Positions 10,540-20,797 of a stretch of DNA of 64,000 nt are shown piece by piece. Location of the stretch: NCBI GenBank assembly GCA_002811645.1, contig PDIP01000001.1, forward strand, positions 1-64,000, given 5' to 3'. The position numbers and the translations under genes are program-made. The notes beneath the pieces are model-generated. The model ran no database searches and was not told the DNA's origin. It saw only the letters and a program-made list of their open reading frames with translations. This stretch comes from Corallochytrium limacisporum Hawaii. Taxonomy: Eukaryota; Protista; Pluriformea. Numbering within the stretch: the first letter of the stretch is position 1; the number at the start of each line of letters is the position of its first letter.

Positions 10540-12299
10540 TGTGTCTGTTACTATTCTTGTCTCTGCGCGGAGGCCTTTACCGTCCAGCCGCTCCAAGCGG
10601 TGCTGTATTCATTTCAATTCATTGCGTTTCCGATCCAACGATCAGTACGAACTCACTCTCAACAAGGCGTTCCCAATTCGTCCGGGTTGTCCCCACTTTT
10701 GTCGGCCGCCACTAAAACTATTCTGTGCAAATGGGACAAATGAATTCACTACATTGGAAGTATTTTGTAGGTGATATGTCAACCAATTTGTGGGCGCCCG
10801 TACGGTGGCACAAGGCTTGCAGGAATGATGTGTCGCAGTCGGACTATGCTTCGGCGGTTTTCGTTTCCAAGAACAATCACATCCAGGAAAGTGTGCAGAG
10901 AATCCACGTACGTGCATAACTTGCGGGCTCTATTGGAGACACACATATTTTCCTATATCCTTCCTTCCACATTCTTTGGTCTCTGGTTCGACAGGCATAT
11001 GCGCAGCAGCCGCAGCGAACCTCGGTAGAGGTTGACTGCAATAGTTTGCCTATGGAAAAATAAGAACGGCGTGTCGCTGTGATGACGGGCCTCCAAACGC
11101 TGCACAAATGTGTGCGAATAGTGACACTTACCTGTCAGACCTGGTTTGTGTCATAAATTTACTATGTATTTGTGTCCTCCGACTTACTATGCAGGCTCGT
11201 GCCGACGGGGTCGCCAATGGACCACCCAAAGTCCACTGACAGCAATATCAAATACAAGAATGTCCAGACCTCTTCACAGATCCATACTTTCAGTATTAAG
11301 CGCAGAGATCAGAAGAAGACGAGAAAGGGAGGACGTAGGGGAGGGGTTCTCCCTTGTACCTTCTTTTCATCCCCTGCCGTATGTACGCACAATACCGAAT
11401 AAGTGCGAGAGATTCTCGAGCATTTTCGTTCGGTTTTTGTTTCTCGGATGGAATCGGCTTTGATGTGGCAGGCGCAGCCCCTGGGAGGAGAGGGTGGGGG
11501 GAGCCAAGAGTTGTAGACTGGTGGTGTTCAGTAGCAATTTCATCCTTTCCTCCGTTTTTCCCTTCCTTCCCATCTGCCGCGGTGGGGAGGGGGGTTACAA
11601 GGCCAGGAAAGGGGGGGGGGATCATACTGCACTAAGTTAACAACGGCAGCTTGGGCACCATCTGGGCGAGCAAACTGCCCCTCCGCAAACCTTTTTTGGG
11701 CCTCGCTCCGCAACAGCTGTGAAGGCCCCGGGGGGCCCAGCGGGGGGGGGGGGGGGGGGGGCGGAAATTGGGAAGGNNNNNNNNNNNNNNNNNNNNNNNN
11801 NNNNNNNNNNNNNNNNNNNNNNNNNNNNNNNNNNNNNNNNNGGGCCTCGCGCCGCAACAGCTGGGAAGGCCCCGGGGGGCCCAGGGGGGGGGGGGGAGCG
11901 GGGGCTGAAATTGGGCAGGGACGGAGAGCAGGGTGTTCCCCCAGCATTAAACGATCTAAAACCCTTCTCCTTCCCCCTCCCGGGGCCCGCCCTCCGCTAA
12001 GAGAACGGGTGGCGGAGGGAGGGAGCAAACCTGGACCGCGACTGGGGATTGAGATCCCAACCATCTGCGGACTCGATCAATATTTTGGTGGAAGGAAAAC
12101 CACTATGAACTAAGAGCGGATGCGGAGGAAAGACCCGGGGGAGTCAGGACGGGTCCGGGTTCGAACTTTGTGATAGATTTGAAGAGGAAAAGCTAGAACA
12201 AAATATGTGGCAGCAGAATCGTGATTACTCTCATGACCTTAACAACTAAGCCATACATGACTTGGGGGCAGTTACACTATTACGAGACATTGCAGAACC

Positions 12300-12800
12300 A
12301 TGGCAGGAGGCATCCATTCTAGTGTTTCTTTGGCTGGATTTATTGGACTCAACTTGCTTGGTGGTGCCGCTGGTGGTTGGGTAACCAAGCAGAATGTTGG
12401 AGAGAGTTTCTATGCTAAGATTGAAAAACCTTCGTGGGCACCACCGAACTGGTTGTTCGGTCCCGTCTGGTCTACCATCTACGTCAGCATTGGTATCGCT
12501 GCCTGGAGGATCTTCGAGAGCGACTTGCCAGCGCACACCATTTCGGACTTGATGGCCAAGTACTGGACCAACATGTTGATCAACTTTTCATTCAGTTTTA
12601 TCTACTTTGGGGCACACCAGCAGCTGCTGGGTGCACTGACCGTCCTGGCCACTGCGGTGACTGCCGCTGGTGTGGGTCGGTCCTTCCATGCTGTCGATCC
12701 GTTCGCAGGTTACCTCTACATTCCGTACGTTCTCTGGGGAACATATGCCACCGTCTTGTCCTTCACCACTTACGTGATGAACCGGAACAAGAAGCTCTGA
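12300..12800 (+). CDS. TSPO: Translocator protein (TspO/MBR family)
   Basis: FYAKIEKPSWAPPNWLFGPVWSTIY and AGYLYIPYVLWGTYATVLS; five hydrophobic segments. Confidence 0.93.
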   Translation: MAGGIHSSVSLAGFIGLNLLGGAAGGWVTKQNVGESFYAKIEKPSWAPPNWLFGPVWSTIYVSIGIAAWRIFESDLPAHTISDLMAKYWTNMLINFSFSFIYFGAHQQLLGALTVLATAVTAAGVGRSFHAVDPFAGYLYIPYVLWGTYATVLSFTTYVMNRNKKL

Positions 12801-13400
12801 AGACTCAAACATGAACTATCTGAGGTACCGGCCTAATTCTAATCCGTTTAGTGCCCGGTCGTGTCATCACCAACAGAGCAGTTCCCAATACATTGACTAT
12901 TAATTGCTTTCTCTTCTAACTCCACGATCCTCTCTCCCCTGCTGTTTGAATACTCCTCTTCCTTCCATAGAAAATGTATATGATTCCCCCAGGTCCCTCC
13001 CACTTCCTGCTTTTTACTATGGGCAGCGGGCCCTGGAGGCTCCAGTGTTGTTGATGGCGAGCCCCCCGGGTTTGAACAGAAGGCGCGCAAACACAAGGAA
13101 AATGGCTCTGTTCCGGAGAGCTCGCGTGTGCGCCTGTGGTCATGGTGCTGGTGCTAAATCGCAAACTCTGCGTCGGGTGTCAGGTTGGTTTGGTCGCCTG
13201 TCATTGTCCTATTCCCTATGTCTTAGCTGGTTCTGCAAATTTTGATGCAGGGCCAAACATTGTTTGCAGTTCTTAGTGACTCCTCTATTGGCGTGATACA
13301 CAGAACGGGTAGAAGAACATTGAACATTGGAGACATTGATCTGCAGTGTTTGCCGGTATAGAGGTGCGCACGTCTATGGGACAACATAGAGTGTGCAACT

Positions 13401-15734
13401 ATGTACAAGGTTGTTCGGGAACGGGCTGTGGACCCGGAGACCGGGGACAAAATCGTCTTTGATGTCATCTCCATTTCACCTACCAGCCCAGAGGCTAAGT
13501 TTGACTCTACTGAGTTGAGTCAAGGGCTGCAGCCGCAGGCGAAAGAACTTTCTTTGTTGGATACCAAACTGCGTAGCAAGGGAGGAAACCTATGCGCGAC
13601 AAACGGACCTCTTACCGCTTATGCTATTGCAGCCAAGAGTGGTGCTGGCCTGGTAAGGGTCACAGCCCCGCACACTGGAGAGCGGGTCACTCTGCGTGGA
13701 CACCAGGCTGCAATCTGTGACCTTGCTTTCAGCCCAATCGATAGAAACATTTTGGCGTCAATGGACACAGCCGGTGACATTCGTTTGCACCTTCTTAGTG
13801 TGTCGGAATCTGGAGAGATTCATGCTCGGTGTGTGATTTCGATGCTTTTGCACTTGGGTGATGAGCGGGAGAAGAGTACAGCAAATATTTCCCAGCCGAT
13901 CACTGGCCGAATTCTGAAATGGCACAATGTTGACAAGAATATCCTGGCCGTCGGATGGGGAAAGGATGTCCTGATCCTGAACATCTTGCAGCTCAGCTCG
14001 AAGGCCGAACGGGATGATAACAATGAACCTACTGTTCGAGTGGACAATAATAAATTGTCGAGTGGGCTGCTTGTGTTTGCGAATCATAGGGGCAACGGTA
14101 GGATCGCTTGCCTGGACTTCACCGCGGATGGTATGTGCATCGGTAGTGCTAGTGACGTAGGCGAAACCAGGCTTTGGGACTTGACCACTGCGCAAGAGTA
14201 TGCAGTTCAAGGATCGCTCACAGGCGACTGGATTCACTTCGCATATTCGATGGAAATGCGCAGAAAGGGCAGGAGCAATTTCGAGCAAAAGATCAAAATG
14301 AGTCCCGCAGAGGCTTTTTCCTGTGTTATCACCGGAAGCAGCGCGCTTTCTGCCACCGGCCCGTCTACCAATATTGCCGTGTCGCATCACATTAGTGGCC
14401 AGCTCAAGACAGTCCAATCTTTGACTCTCAAGGACGTAGTGGGGCACATGCGCTTTGATGATGGTGCCTCAACGTTGTTCTTCATGGGCCAGACACAAAG
14501 GTGCATGCTGGCAGCGTACATGCGGAGCGGAAGAACCTTCGCATATCTTACCAAGATCAATACCTCATCCGAAGTGCTTAGCTGCAGCAGTACGGTTGAC
14601 GGGGAAACACCGCCCGAGGACTCTCTTGGGCTAGTGTCCCTTTCCATGTCGGCACTCATGGCCAAGAGTGTGGCTCAGTTCCAATTACGCCTTCCATTCG
14701 GAGAGCCTCAAGGCGGAATCCAGGGCAGCGGTACACCACCGAGCAGTGCTCGTGCAAGCGTGCCAGAAACGTCCGTGCCTGCTCCAACGAGTTCAGAAGC
14801 GAATGCGGTACCCTCCAGTAAGCCCATTGCAGCAGACAGTGCGGATATAGCAGGATCAGACCAGGCCGCTGTTTTGGCCGAAATCAGAGCTCTGCGTCAG
14901 GACATGAAAACAATGGTTCAGGACACCGTCCGTCAGGAACTGCCCCAGATTCTTCAGCGAACCTTTGTGGAACAGTTCCAGAGGGCCCTGCTACCGGCTT
15001 ACGAAAGAATTTCTAAAGAAATGTTTGAGCAGATGGCTAGGCATTTCAATGGGGGTCTGGCTGAGTACAAGCATGCATTGTCCACGAGTGCCACATCCGT
15101 GTCCCAGAACCCTATACCAAACGCCGAAGAGCTCGGATCCACTCTTGGCGTTGCTATTGCCTCAGAGCTGGTACCTCGCCTGCAGGCTGCTCTAAACCAT
15201 CAGCTCGGACTGCGAACGAATGCTCGCCAATCGGTTGGAGACCTTGCTGCTGAGAAGCAGCTTACCTGGGAAGAGATTGAGGAGCTGTTCAACAAGGGAG
15301 AGGTGGCTGAAGCCTTTGAACGCACCTTGCGGAGCACGGACAAGGAACTGTTGGCTAAGCCCACCGAAGCCTTTGAACGCACCTTGCGGAGCACGGACAA
15401 GGAACTGTTGGCTAAGCTCTGTCGTCGGGCCGACGCAACTACGACTATGGACGCCCTACAGCAGCATCAGATTCTTGCTTTGATCGCGTTATTGGTTCAG
15501 GTTCCAGAAGAGAACGAAATGCGTGCCGAGTGGCTGAATGAAGCAATAATGGCCATTAACGAGGACTCGGACACTGTGAAGGAGAAGGGAGGACCTTTGC
15601 TCGGGCACGTCAGCGAGGTCCTGCGTCAACAGGCCGACGTACTTTTGACCGAGGACCCCAGAAACAAGCCTGCCAAGCGCCTGCATATGCTTAGTTTTGT
15701 GCTCGAGACAATGGCCAGGCGTCTGAATGCCTAA
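13401..15734 (+). CDS. EDC4: Enhancer of mRNA decapping 4 (Ge-1/VARICOSE)
   Basis: N-terminal WD40 with GNLCA..LTAYAI..GLVRV..ERVTLRGH..ICDLAF, a Ser/Pro linker, and a helical C-terminus (LLPAYERISKEMFEQM, EAFERTLRSTDKELL..LC). Confidence 0.85.
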   Translation: MYKVVRERAVDPETGDKIVFDVISISPTSPEAKFDSTELSQGLQPQAKELSLLDTKLRSKGGNLCATNGPLTAYAIAAKSGAGLVRVTAPHTGERVTLRGHQAAICDLAFSPIDRNILASMDTAGDIRLHLLSVSESGEIHARCVISMLLHLGDEREKSTANISQPITGRILKWHNVDKNILAVGWGKDVLILNILQLSSKAERDDNNEPTVRVDNNKLSSGLLVFANHRGNGRIACLDFTADGMCIGSASDVGETRLWDLTTAQEYAVQGSLTGDWIHFAYSMEMRRKGRSNFEQKIKMSPAEAFSCVITGSSALSATGPSTNIAVSHHISGQLKTVQSLTLKDVVGHMRFDDGASTLFFMGQTQRCMLAAYMRSGRTFAYLTKINTSSEVLSCSSTVDGETPPEDSLGLVSLSMSALMAKSVAQFQLRLPFGEPQGGIQGSGTPPSSARASVPETSVPAPTSSEANAVPSSKPIAADSADIAGSDQAAVLAEIRALRQDMKTMVQDTVRQELPQILQRTFVEQFQRALLPAYERISKEMFEQMARHFNGGLAEYKHALSTSATSVSQNPIPNAEELGSTLGVAIASELVPRLQAALNHQLGLRTNARQSVGDLAAEKQLTWEEIEELFNKGEVAEAFERTLRSTDKELLAKPTEAFERTLRSTDKELLAKLCRRADATTTMDALQQHQILALIALLVQVPEENEMRAEWLNEAIMAINEDSDTVKEKGGPLLGHVSEVLRQQADVLLTEDPRNKPAKRLHMLSFVLETMARRLNA
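15309..15417 (+). repeat. Perfect 52-bp direct repeat (57-bp period) inside EDC4, in frame
   Basis: gaagcctttgaacgcaccttgcggagcacggacaaggaactgttggctaagc at 15309-15360 and 15366-15417, with spacer ccacc. Confidence 0.95.
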
Positions 15735-15836
15735 GTCTCATTGTAATAAAATGAAGTACATAGCAAAACGAATGTAGTATGTAATTACGGTCTTATTGAT
15801 GGAATGTGCTGGTGACTTTGTAAACAAGTCTGTCCT

Positions 15837-16895
15837 TCAGCGGCGTTTGTTGAAGTACTCGCGAACATTTTCCTTGTCGCGTTTTCGCCGTACCGCATCG
15901 GAGCGGGCCTGATAGGTCTGAACGGTTTCGTTAAAGGCCTTACTGAAGCTCTCTTTTTGATTCGTCCCTGACGCTGACTTGAGCAAAGGGGGTAGCCCCA
16001 GGGCGCGTCGTATGGCCGGCTGATACAACAGCGCACTGAAGACCATACCAAAGCCAGCATTCGTGAGGAGGTACAGGTTTACCGCACCCGACAGAGACGT
16101 GGTAATGTAGAGGCCCATCAACATCAAACCACGAATGATGTTCTTGGTACCTGCAGCCTGCTGTGCACCGCCACCCATTTCCACACCGAGCTCCATGGTC
16201 AGCCACAGAGCGGTTGTGGACATTATCGGCATCAGGTACGTCGGGTCGGCCATTGTCAGGTCCGGACAGGTGAGGAAGGAGGTATCTTTGAGACTGGGAA
16301 GCTCCTCATTGCTCATGCCACGAATACCAAAGAAGAAGCTCATAAGCACCGGTGCTTGGATGAGAGGTCCGTAGAGACCGTCAAAGAAACTAATCCCCTT
16401 CTCCTGCTGGAACTTTTGCAAGTCCATCATCGCAGTCATTTTGTCTTTTTCAGTCTGTGCTTCATTAATTCTTGTCTTGAATTCTTCAATCTCTGTCCGG
16501 AACTCCGTCAGTTTGGCCACCTTCTTCTGGGTCCAAATCTGGAGTGGGGACATTAGAGTACGGAACGCCAGGACAACAGCAATGATAGTCCACGAGTACT
16601 CCATCCCTGTGGTGGCGGAAGTGAACTCTAGCAGATGTCGGACCGCACAAGCAGGGTTATATCCACTCAGTCCTGCAGCTACAATTTCGCCGTACTCTGC
16701 CACGGCGTTGGCAACAAATGGAGAGTTAAGAGGAGTCCGTGCTACGGCAGTGCTCCGGAACCCTCGTGTCCCAAACGGAATCGTGCGCAGTCTATGGCGG
16801 ATGATTGGCGACTGCTGCCGAGCGGGCGTGGCAATAAAGGCAGCCCGCATCATCACTGGCCCGCGTGCCAGGCGGAATGCTGGCGTAAAGATCAT
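15837..16895 (-). CDS. OXA1: Mitochondrial inner-membrane insertase, OXA1/YidC family
   Basis: Presequence; TGMEYSWTIIAVVLAFRTLMSPL, LIQAPVLMSFFFGIRGM, DLTMADPTYLMP; basic C-terminal tail. Confidence 0.9.
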   Translation of the reverse strand: MIFTPAFRLARGPVMMRAAFIATPARQQSPIIRHRLRTIPFGTRGFRSTAVARTPLNSPFVANAVAEYGEIVAAGLSGYNPACAVRHLLEFTSATTGMEYSWTIIAVVLAFRTLMSPLQIWTQKKVAKLTEFRTEIEEFKTRINEAQTEKDKMTAMMDLQKFQQEKGISFFDGLYGPLIQAPVLMSFFFGIRGMSNEELPSLKDTSFLTCPDLTMADPTYLMPIMSTTALWLTMELGVEMGGGAQQAAGTKNIIRGLMLMGLYITTSLSGAVNLYLLTNAGFGMVFSALLYQPAIRRALGLPPLLKSASGTNQKESFSKAFNETVQTYQARSDAVRRKRDKENVREYFNKRR

Positions 16896-17339
16896 GATGG
16901 GTGTATGCTAATGGTCCAGTCAGATGCTGTCCCTGATTATTTCATACTGAGTCTGTAGATTGGTTTCCCTGTTCGTTCCAACACTGTGCTCCTGACGTAT
17001 GCTCCCAATCTTCCGAACTTGGCAAGCCTTCAAGCCTTTTTGAAATACATTCGCGGGTCTGGTCAGTCCTACAACATTCCACATAATGCGAGGAGACTGT
17101 ACCAGGAGCGCTTCTTTTGTTTGTGGAGTTCCAGGAGACCCCGAAATCGGAAATGGTTTCTGTCACCCCCTTGGGGGTCCCCTGGATCGCCACTCTATCA
17201 CTATGAACCGGGATCTGACACGGGGCGGGACGGCGCAACGGTTCCCTCCCTGCCTGTGCATGTGCCTGCGAGAGAGGGCCAAGTGGGAACCTCGCACTCT
17301 CAATATGACCCAAATTCCCCGTACCCTTGGTGCTTGGCC

Positions 17340-17640
17340 CACTGTCCCCCCCCTCGGGGTCTCCCCTGTTTTCTTCGTTGATTCTGATTGCCAGAGTGCG
17401 CCAAATCAATTCCCGCGTGACCGCCTTGCCCACCACCGAACCGTGGGCTCTAGACCCAGCAGCCAACCCTCCCTCCTTGGGGCTCAAGAGAGCCCGTGCG
17501 GGCCAGGGCCGCACGCAGCCCACCCGTGCACACGGAACACACACAAGGCCGCCACCCCCCACCCATTCACCTAGGGCTCTGCTGGGGGAACCGGCAGAAC
17601 GGGCAAAAGGCGGGTCTCGGACTATCGGGGGGTGTGGGTG
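17340..17640. promoter_or_regulatory. Putative bidirectional promoter OXA1/NOC2
   Basis: C-runs on the left and G-runs on the right, between head-to-head genes. Confidence 0.5.
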
Positions 17641-17845
17641 AGAGTGCGTGTTAGAGTATGGCTGTATATTTGTGCGTGAGTATTGGGAAATGAGTCCATC
17701 GTCTCTGTGAAGCTATTTTGGATGTCTGAGTGGACTCATCCCAGGTGCCTTGGTGGCGTGCGGCATAAGAGTGGTCTGAAGGTATTGGCAGGAGAGAATA
17801 CGATATGTAAGGATAGGAAGTTTAGTGACAAAGGCAAAATAAACA

Positions 17846-20374
17846 ATGAGTAAGGCTTCGAAGGCCACGAAGCGCTTCAGACAGAAGCATCTGCAGAAGA
17901 AGTTGCAGGTTTCTAACCAGAAAAAGAAGGTAGCGAAGCTTCATGGAAAGAACAAAAAGCTTGCACAAATTGCGTCCAAAACCAAGGGGCATCCGGAGCC
18001 CATTGACAGTGAAAGCGACGAAGGTGATGCAACAGAGGCAATCCTCGCGGGAACCACTGGTGCAGCGCTGGATGATGATACTGGTGAGACTTCAGCTAAG
18101 GTTTCTACGAAGAAGCGATCGTCTGTGGGAGAGATGGACATAGATGACTTCCTTGCAAATGGTCTGGATGAAGATGAAGCCGACGGCAGTGACGCAGATG
18201 AGGATGAGGAGGAGGACGATGTAGACGACGATCTCAATGACGAGCTTGAGAACCCTCTGGCTGGGCTGGGCATTGGCGAGGGCGAAGAAGAGACGGGTAA
18301 GCGCAAGGTTTCCAAAAAGTCCAAGGATCTTCATCAGACACAATTGGATCGACTGAAAGAAAAGGATCCAGAGTTTTACAAGTTTCTGAAGGAAAACGAC
18401 GCCGGACTTCTAAATTTTGATGGCGAGGACAGTGATGAAGATGAGGGCTCGGATGAGGAAAGTCCTGTACTAGCAGAAGACAATGATAACGATGAGGAGT
18501 TGGACTTTGGTGGGGATGACGATGCTGGTGAGACTCCGAAGCAGCCCAAAGCTGTTTCTGTAGACCCTGCTGAAGCTAAGAGAGTCTGTGTTCAGGCCTT
18601 CGAGAGGGGAGGTGTTGTGCCTCTTCGGAGGGCAGTGGCGTTTTTCCACGCCGCTGTGCACGCTGGTGATGCCGAGGACAAATACCGCAGCAAACTACGC
18701 TTCCACATTACCAATGCAAGTTCGTTCCGCATTGTCGTCCTCGCATGCCTCAGCGGCTTTGCATCAGCAGCACTGGAGCACTTGGGGGAAACACTTAAGG
18801 AGAAGACACCCAAATACCAGGTCTGCAAGAAATTGCAGAAGAATGCGAAGTGGCAGAAGTTCAGGAGCACTGCCAAGGTTTTCTGCCAGGATTATGTACA
18901 TTTCCTCAACACAGTCATTGACGAGGATATGATGATTTTCAGCCTAACAGCAGGCCGCAGCCTCACTCCTTTTCTTCTGTGCTTCCCTCGCACAAGGAAT
19001 GCCTACCTCAAGACGGTTTTAAAGGCTTTTGAGGCATCCAGTCCTTCTGTTATTATTGCTGCTTACCTCTTGATTCGTGACATGGCCTTAGCCGGGGGAA
19101 ACAAAAGCGTAGTGGGCCTTGAGGACGCCGATGGGCAGATTGCAGAGATTCGCGAGACGTGCTTGAAGGCGGTCTACGTTGCCTTCATCAAGAACATGCG
19201 GGGCATGTCGATGGCACGGAAAGAAGCCTTGACAGTCATGGAAAACTGTTGTCTGGATGCACTGACGCTGGATCCTGCGCTGTCGTACAAGGTCTGCTTT
19301 GTATACGTGCGGCAGACGGCAGTCCATTTGCGTAGCGTCTTGACTTCGAAGAAGAAGGACGCCGCGAAGAGCATATACAACTGGCAAATTCTTAGTTCCA
19401 TTCGGGTGTTTTGTCGTCTGTTGAGCATGGTAACCATTGAAGAACAAAGGAAGAATGGTCCATTTTCCATCCTGCAGCCGCTGATCTATCCGGTGTGCCA
19501 GATTGCCATTGGTGTGATCCGCTTGCGCCCGTCATCAGTGTTCTTCCCGGCCCGCCTACGCATCATTGTCGAGCTGAACGCACTAAGCAAAACTACTGGT
19601 ACTTACATTCCTTTGCAGCCTCTGCTGCTGAGTATGCTGGAGAGTGCAGAGATTCGCCGCAAGCCCGTTGGCACTCAGCGGGGTCTGCGAGCCATGGACC
19701 TCGACCTCACCATCAAGTGTTCCAAGGCGCAGGTTCGCACCCGTGCCTTCCAGGATGCAATCTGGGATGGTCTGTATTTGGAGCTCCTGAGCCATCTGAA
19801 CAACTATGCCTGCAGTATTGCCTTCCCTGAAATGTTCCTCCTCACCCGGAAGACCTTGCGCCGCTTCTCTAAGCAGTGCAAGAACAGTACACTTAGCCGA
19901 CAGGCGGCAGAGCTAGCAAAGCGTATCGACGAGAATGCTGCGTTTGTACGCAAGAATCGCAACGGTGTGGAATTCAGCCCCATTCAAGTCGACAAGGTGG
20001 CTGCTTGGGAACAGAAACTGCGAACGACGAAAAACTCCCCCTTGGAGAAGTACTACACCATGTACGTGCAACAACAGGAGATGAAGGCCGGTCTGATCAA
20101 GCAGTCCATTCACAATGGCCAAAAGGCTCGATTTGAGAAGGACGACGAAAGCGACGAAGACGACGGGGAAGATCAAGCTAACGTCGAATCTAACAGCAGT
20201 GTGGAAGAGGATGACGAAGATGGGATGGATAAAGATGAAGAAGCTGATGTTGCTGGCCCCACGAAGGGTCGAAACAAGACAAAGTCATCATTCCGGCCCC
20301 TCACCAACGTCGACCTCGATGACGATGATGATATCGATGACGAAGTTGACGATTTCGACATCAATGATCTGTAG
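17846..20374 (+). CDS. NOC2: Nucleolar complex protein 2
   Basis: MSKASKATKRF, HQTQLDRLKEKDPEFYKFLKENDAGLLNF, YVRQTAVHLR, IYNWQ, LIYPVCQ, SIAFPE; acidic tracts. Confidence 0.95.
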   Translation: MSKASKATKRFRQKHLQKKLQVSNQKKKVAKLHGKNKKLAQIASKTKGHPEPIDSESDEGDATEAILAGTTGAALDDDTGETSAKVSTKKRSSVGEMDIDDFLANGLDEDEADGSDADEDEEEDDVDDDLNDELENPLAGLGIGEGEEETGKRKVSKKSKDLHQTQLDRLKEKDPEFYKFLKENDAGLLNFDGEDSDEDEGSDEESPVLAEDNDNDEELDFGGDDDAGETPKQPKAVSVDPAEAKRVCVQAFERGGVVPLRRAVAFFHAAVHAGDAEDKYRSKLRFHITNASSFRIVVLACLSGFASAALEHLGETLKEKTPKYQVCKKLQKNAKWQKFRSTAKVFCQDYVHFLNTVIDEDMMIFSLTAGRSLTPFLLCFPRTRNAYLKTVLKAFEASSPSVIIAAYLLIRDMALAGGNKSVVGLEDADGQIAEIRETCLKAVYVAFIKNMRGMSMARKEALTVMENCCLDALTLDPALSYKVCFVYVRQTAVHLRSVLTSKKKDAAKSIYNWQILSSIRVFCRLLSMVTIEEQRKNGPFSILQPLIYPVCQIAIGVIRLRPSSVFFPARLRIIVELNALSKTTGTYIPLQPLLLSMLESAEIRRKPVGTQRGLRAMDLDLTIKCSKAQVRTRAFQDAIWDGLYLELLSHLNNYACSIAFPEMFLLTRKTLRRFSKQCKNSTLSRQAAELAKRIDENAAFVRKNRNGVEFSPIQVDKVAAWEQKLRTTKNSPLEKYYTMYVQQQEMKAGLIKQSIHNGQKARFEKDDESDEDDGEDQANVESNSSVEEDDEDGMDKDEEADVAGPTKGRNKTKSSFRPLTNVDLDDDDDIDDEVDDFDINDL

Positions 20375-20797
20375 AGATCTCTGTTGTAGTTGTAGTCAAG
20401 CTCTACATTGTCCTTACAAACAAATACAGTTCACTTGTTCAAATTATGGATTTTTGGCTATTTCAGACCCGAACGGCCGGAAGCAGGAAGACGAGCTGGG
20501 CTCCCCTGAGGCGCCCTTCCCCGGCTCAGAGGTCGGTCTGAAACTTCAATTTTTTTCTGCAAACCCGGCCCGCCTCCCCCGCGTGTATCCGACCAAGAGG
20601 CGGGTCTCTCTCCACCGCCGGTGCTTTATGGGGTATTTAAACAGCATGTATCGGACTCTGAAAGGGAGCCTTGATCAGCAGTGAGTAAAGATAGCAAGTT
20701 TCGATAAAAACAAACGTATGTCCATGTGAAGCCATGGTGTCCCAAGTAGCGCAATACTAGAGTAGTGATCTACAGTACGACGAAGTACTGCAGAAAA

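Noticed and set aside
11124-11290. ACTTACCTG resembling the U1 snRNA 5' end
   Set aside because: No 70K loop, U1A loop or Sm site. More likely a CAG|GTAAGT donor on the minus strand in the AMFR leader.
11697-11920. Imperfect ~80-bp direct repeat either side of the 11777-11841 gap
   Set aside because: Looks like the same poly-G locus read twice with errors; unmerged contig overlap.
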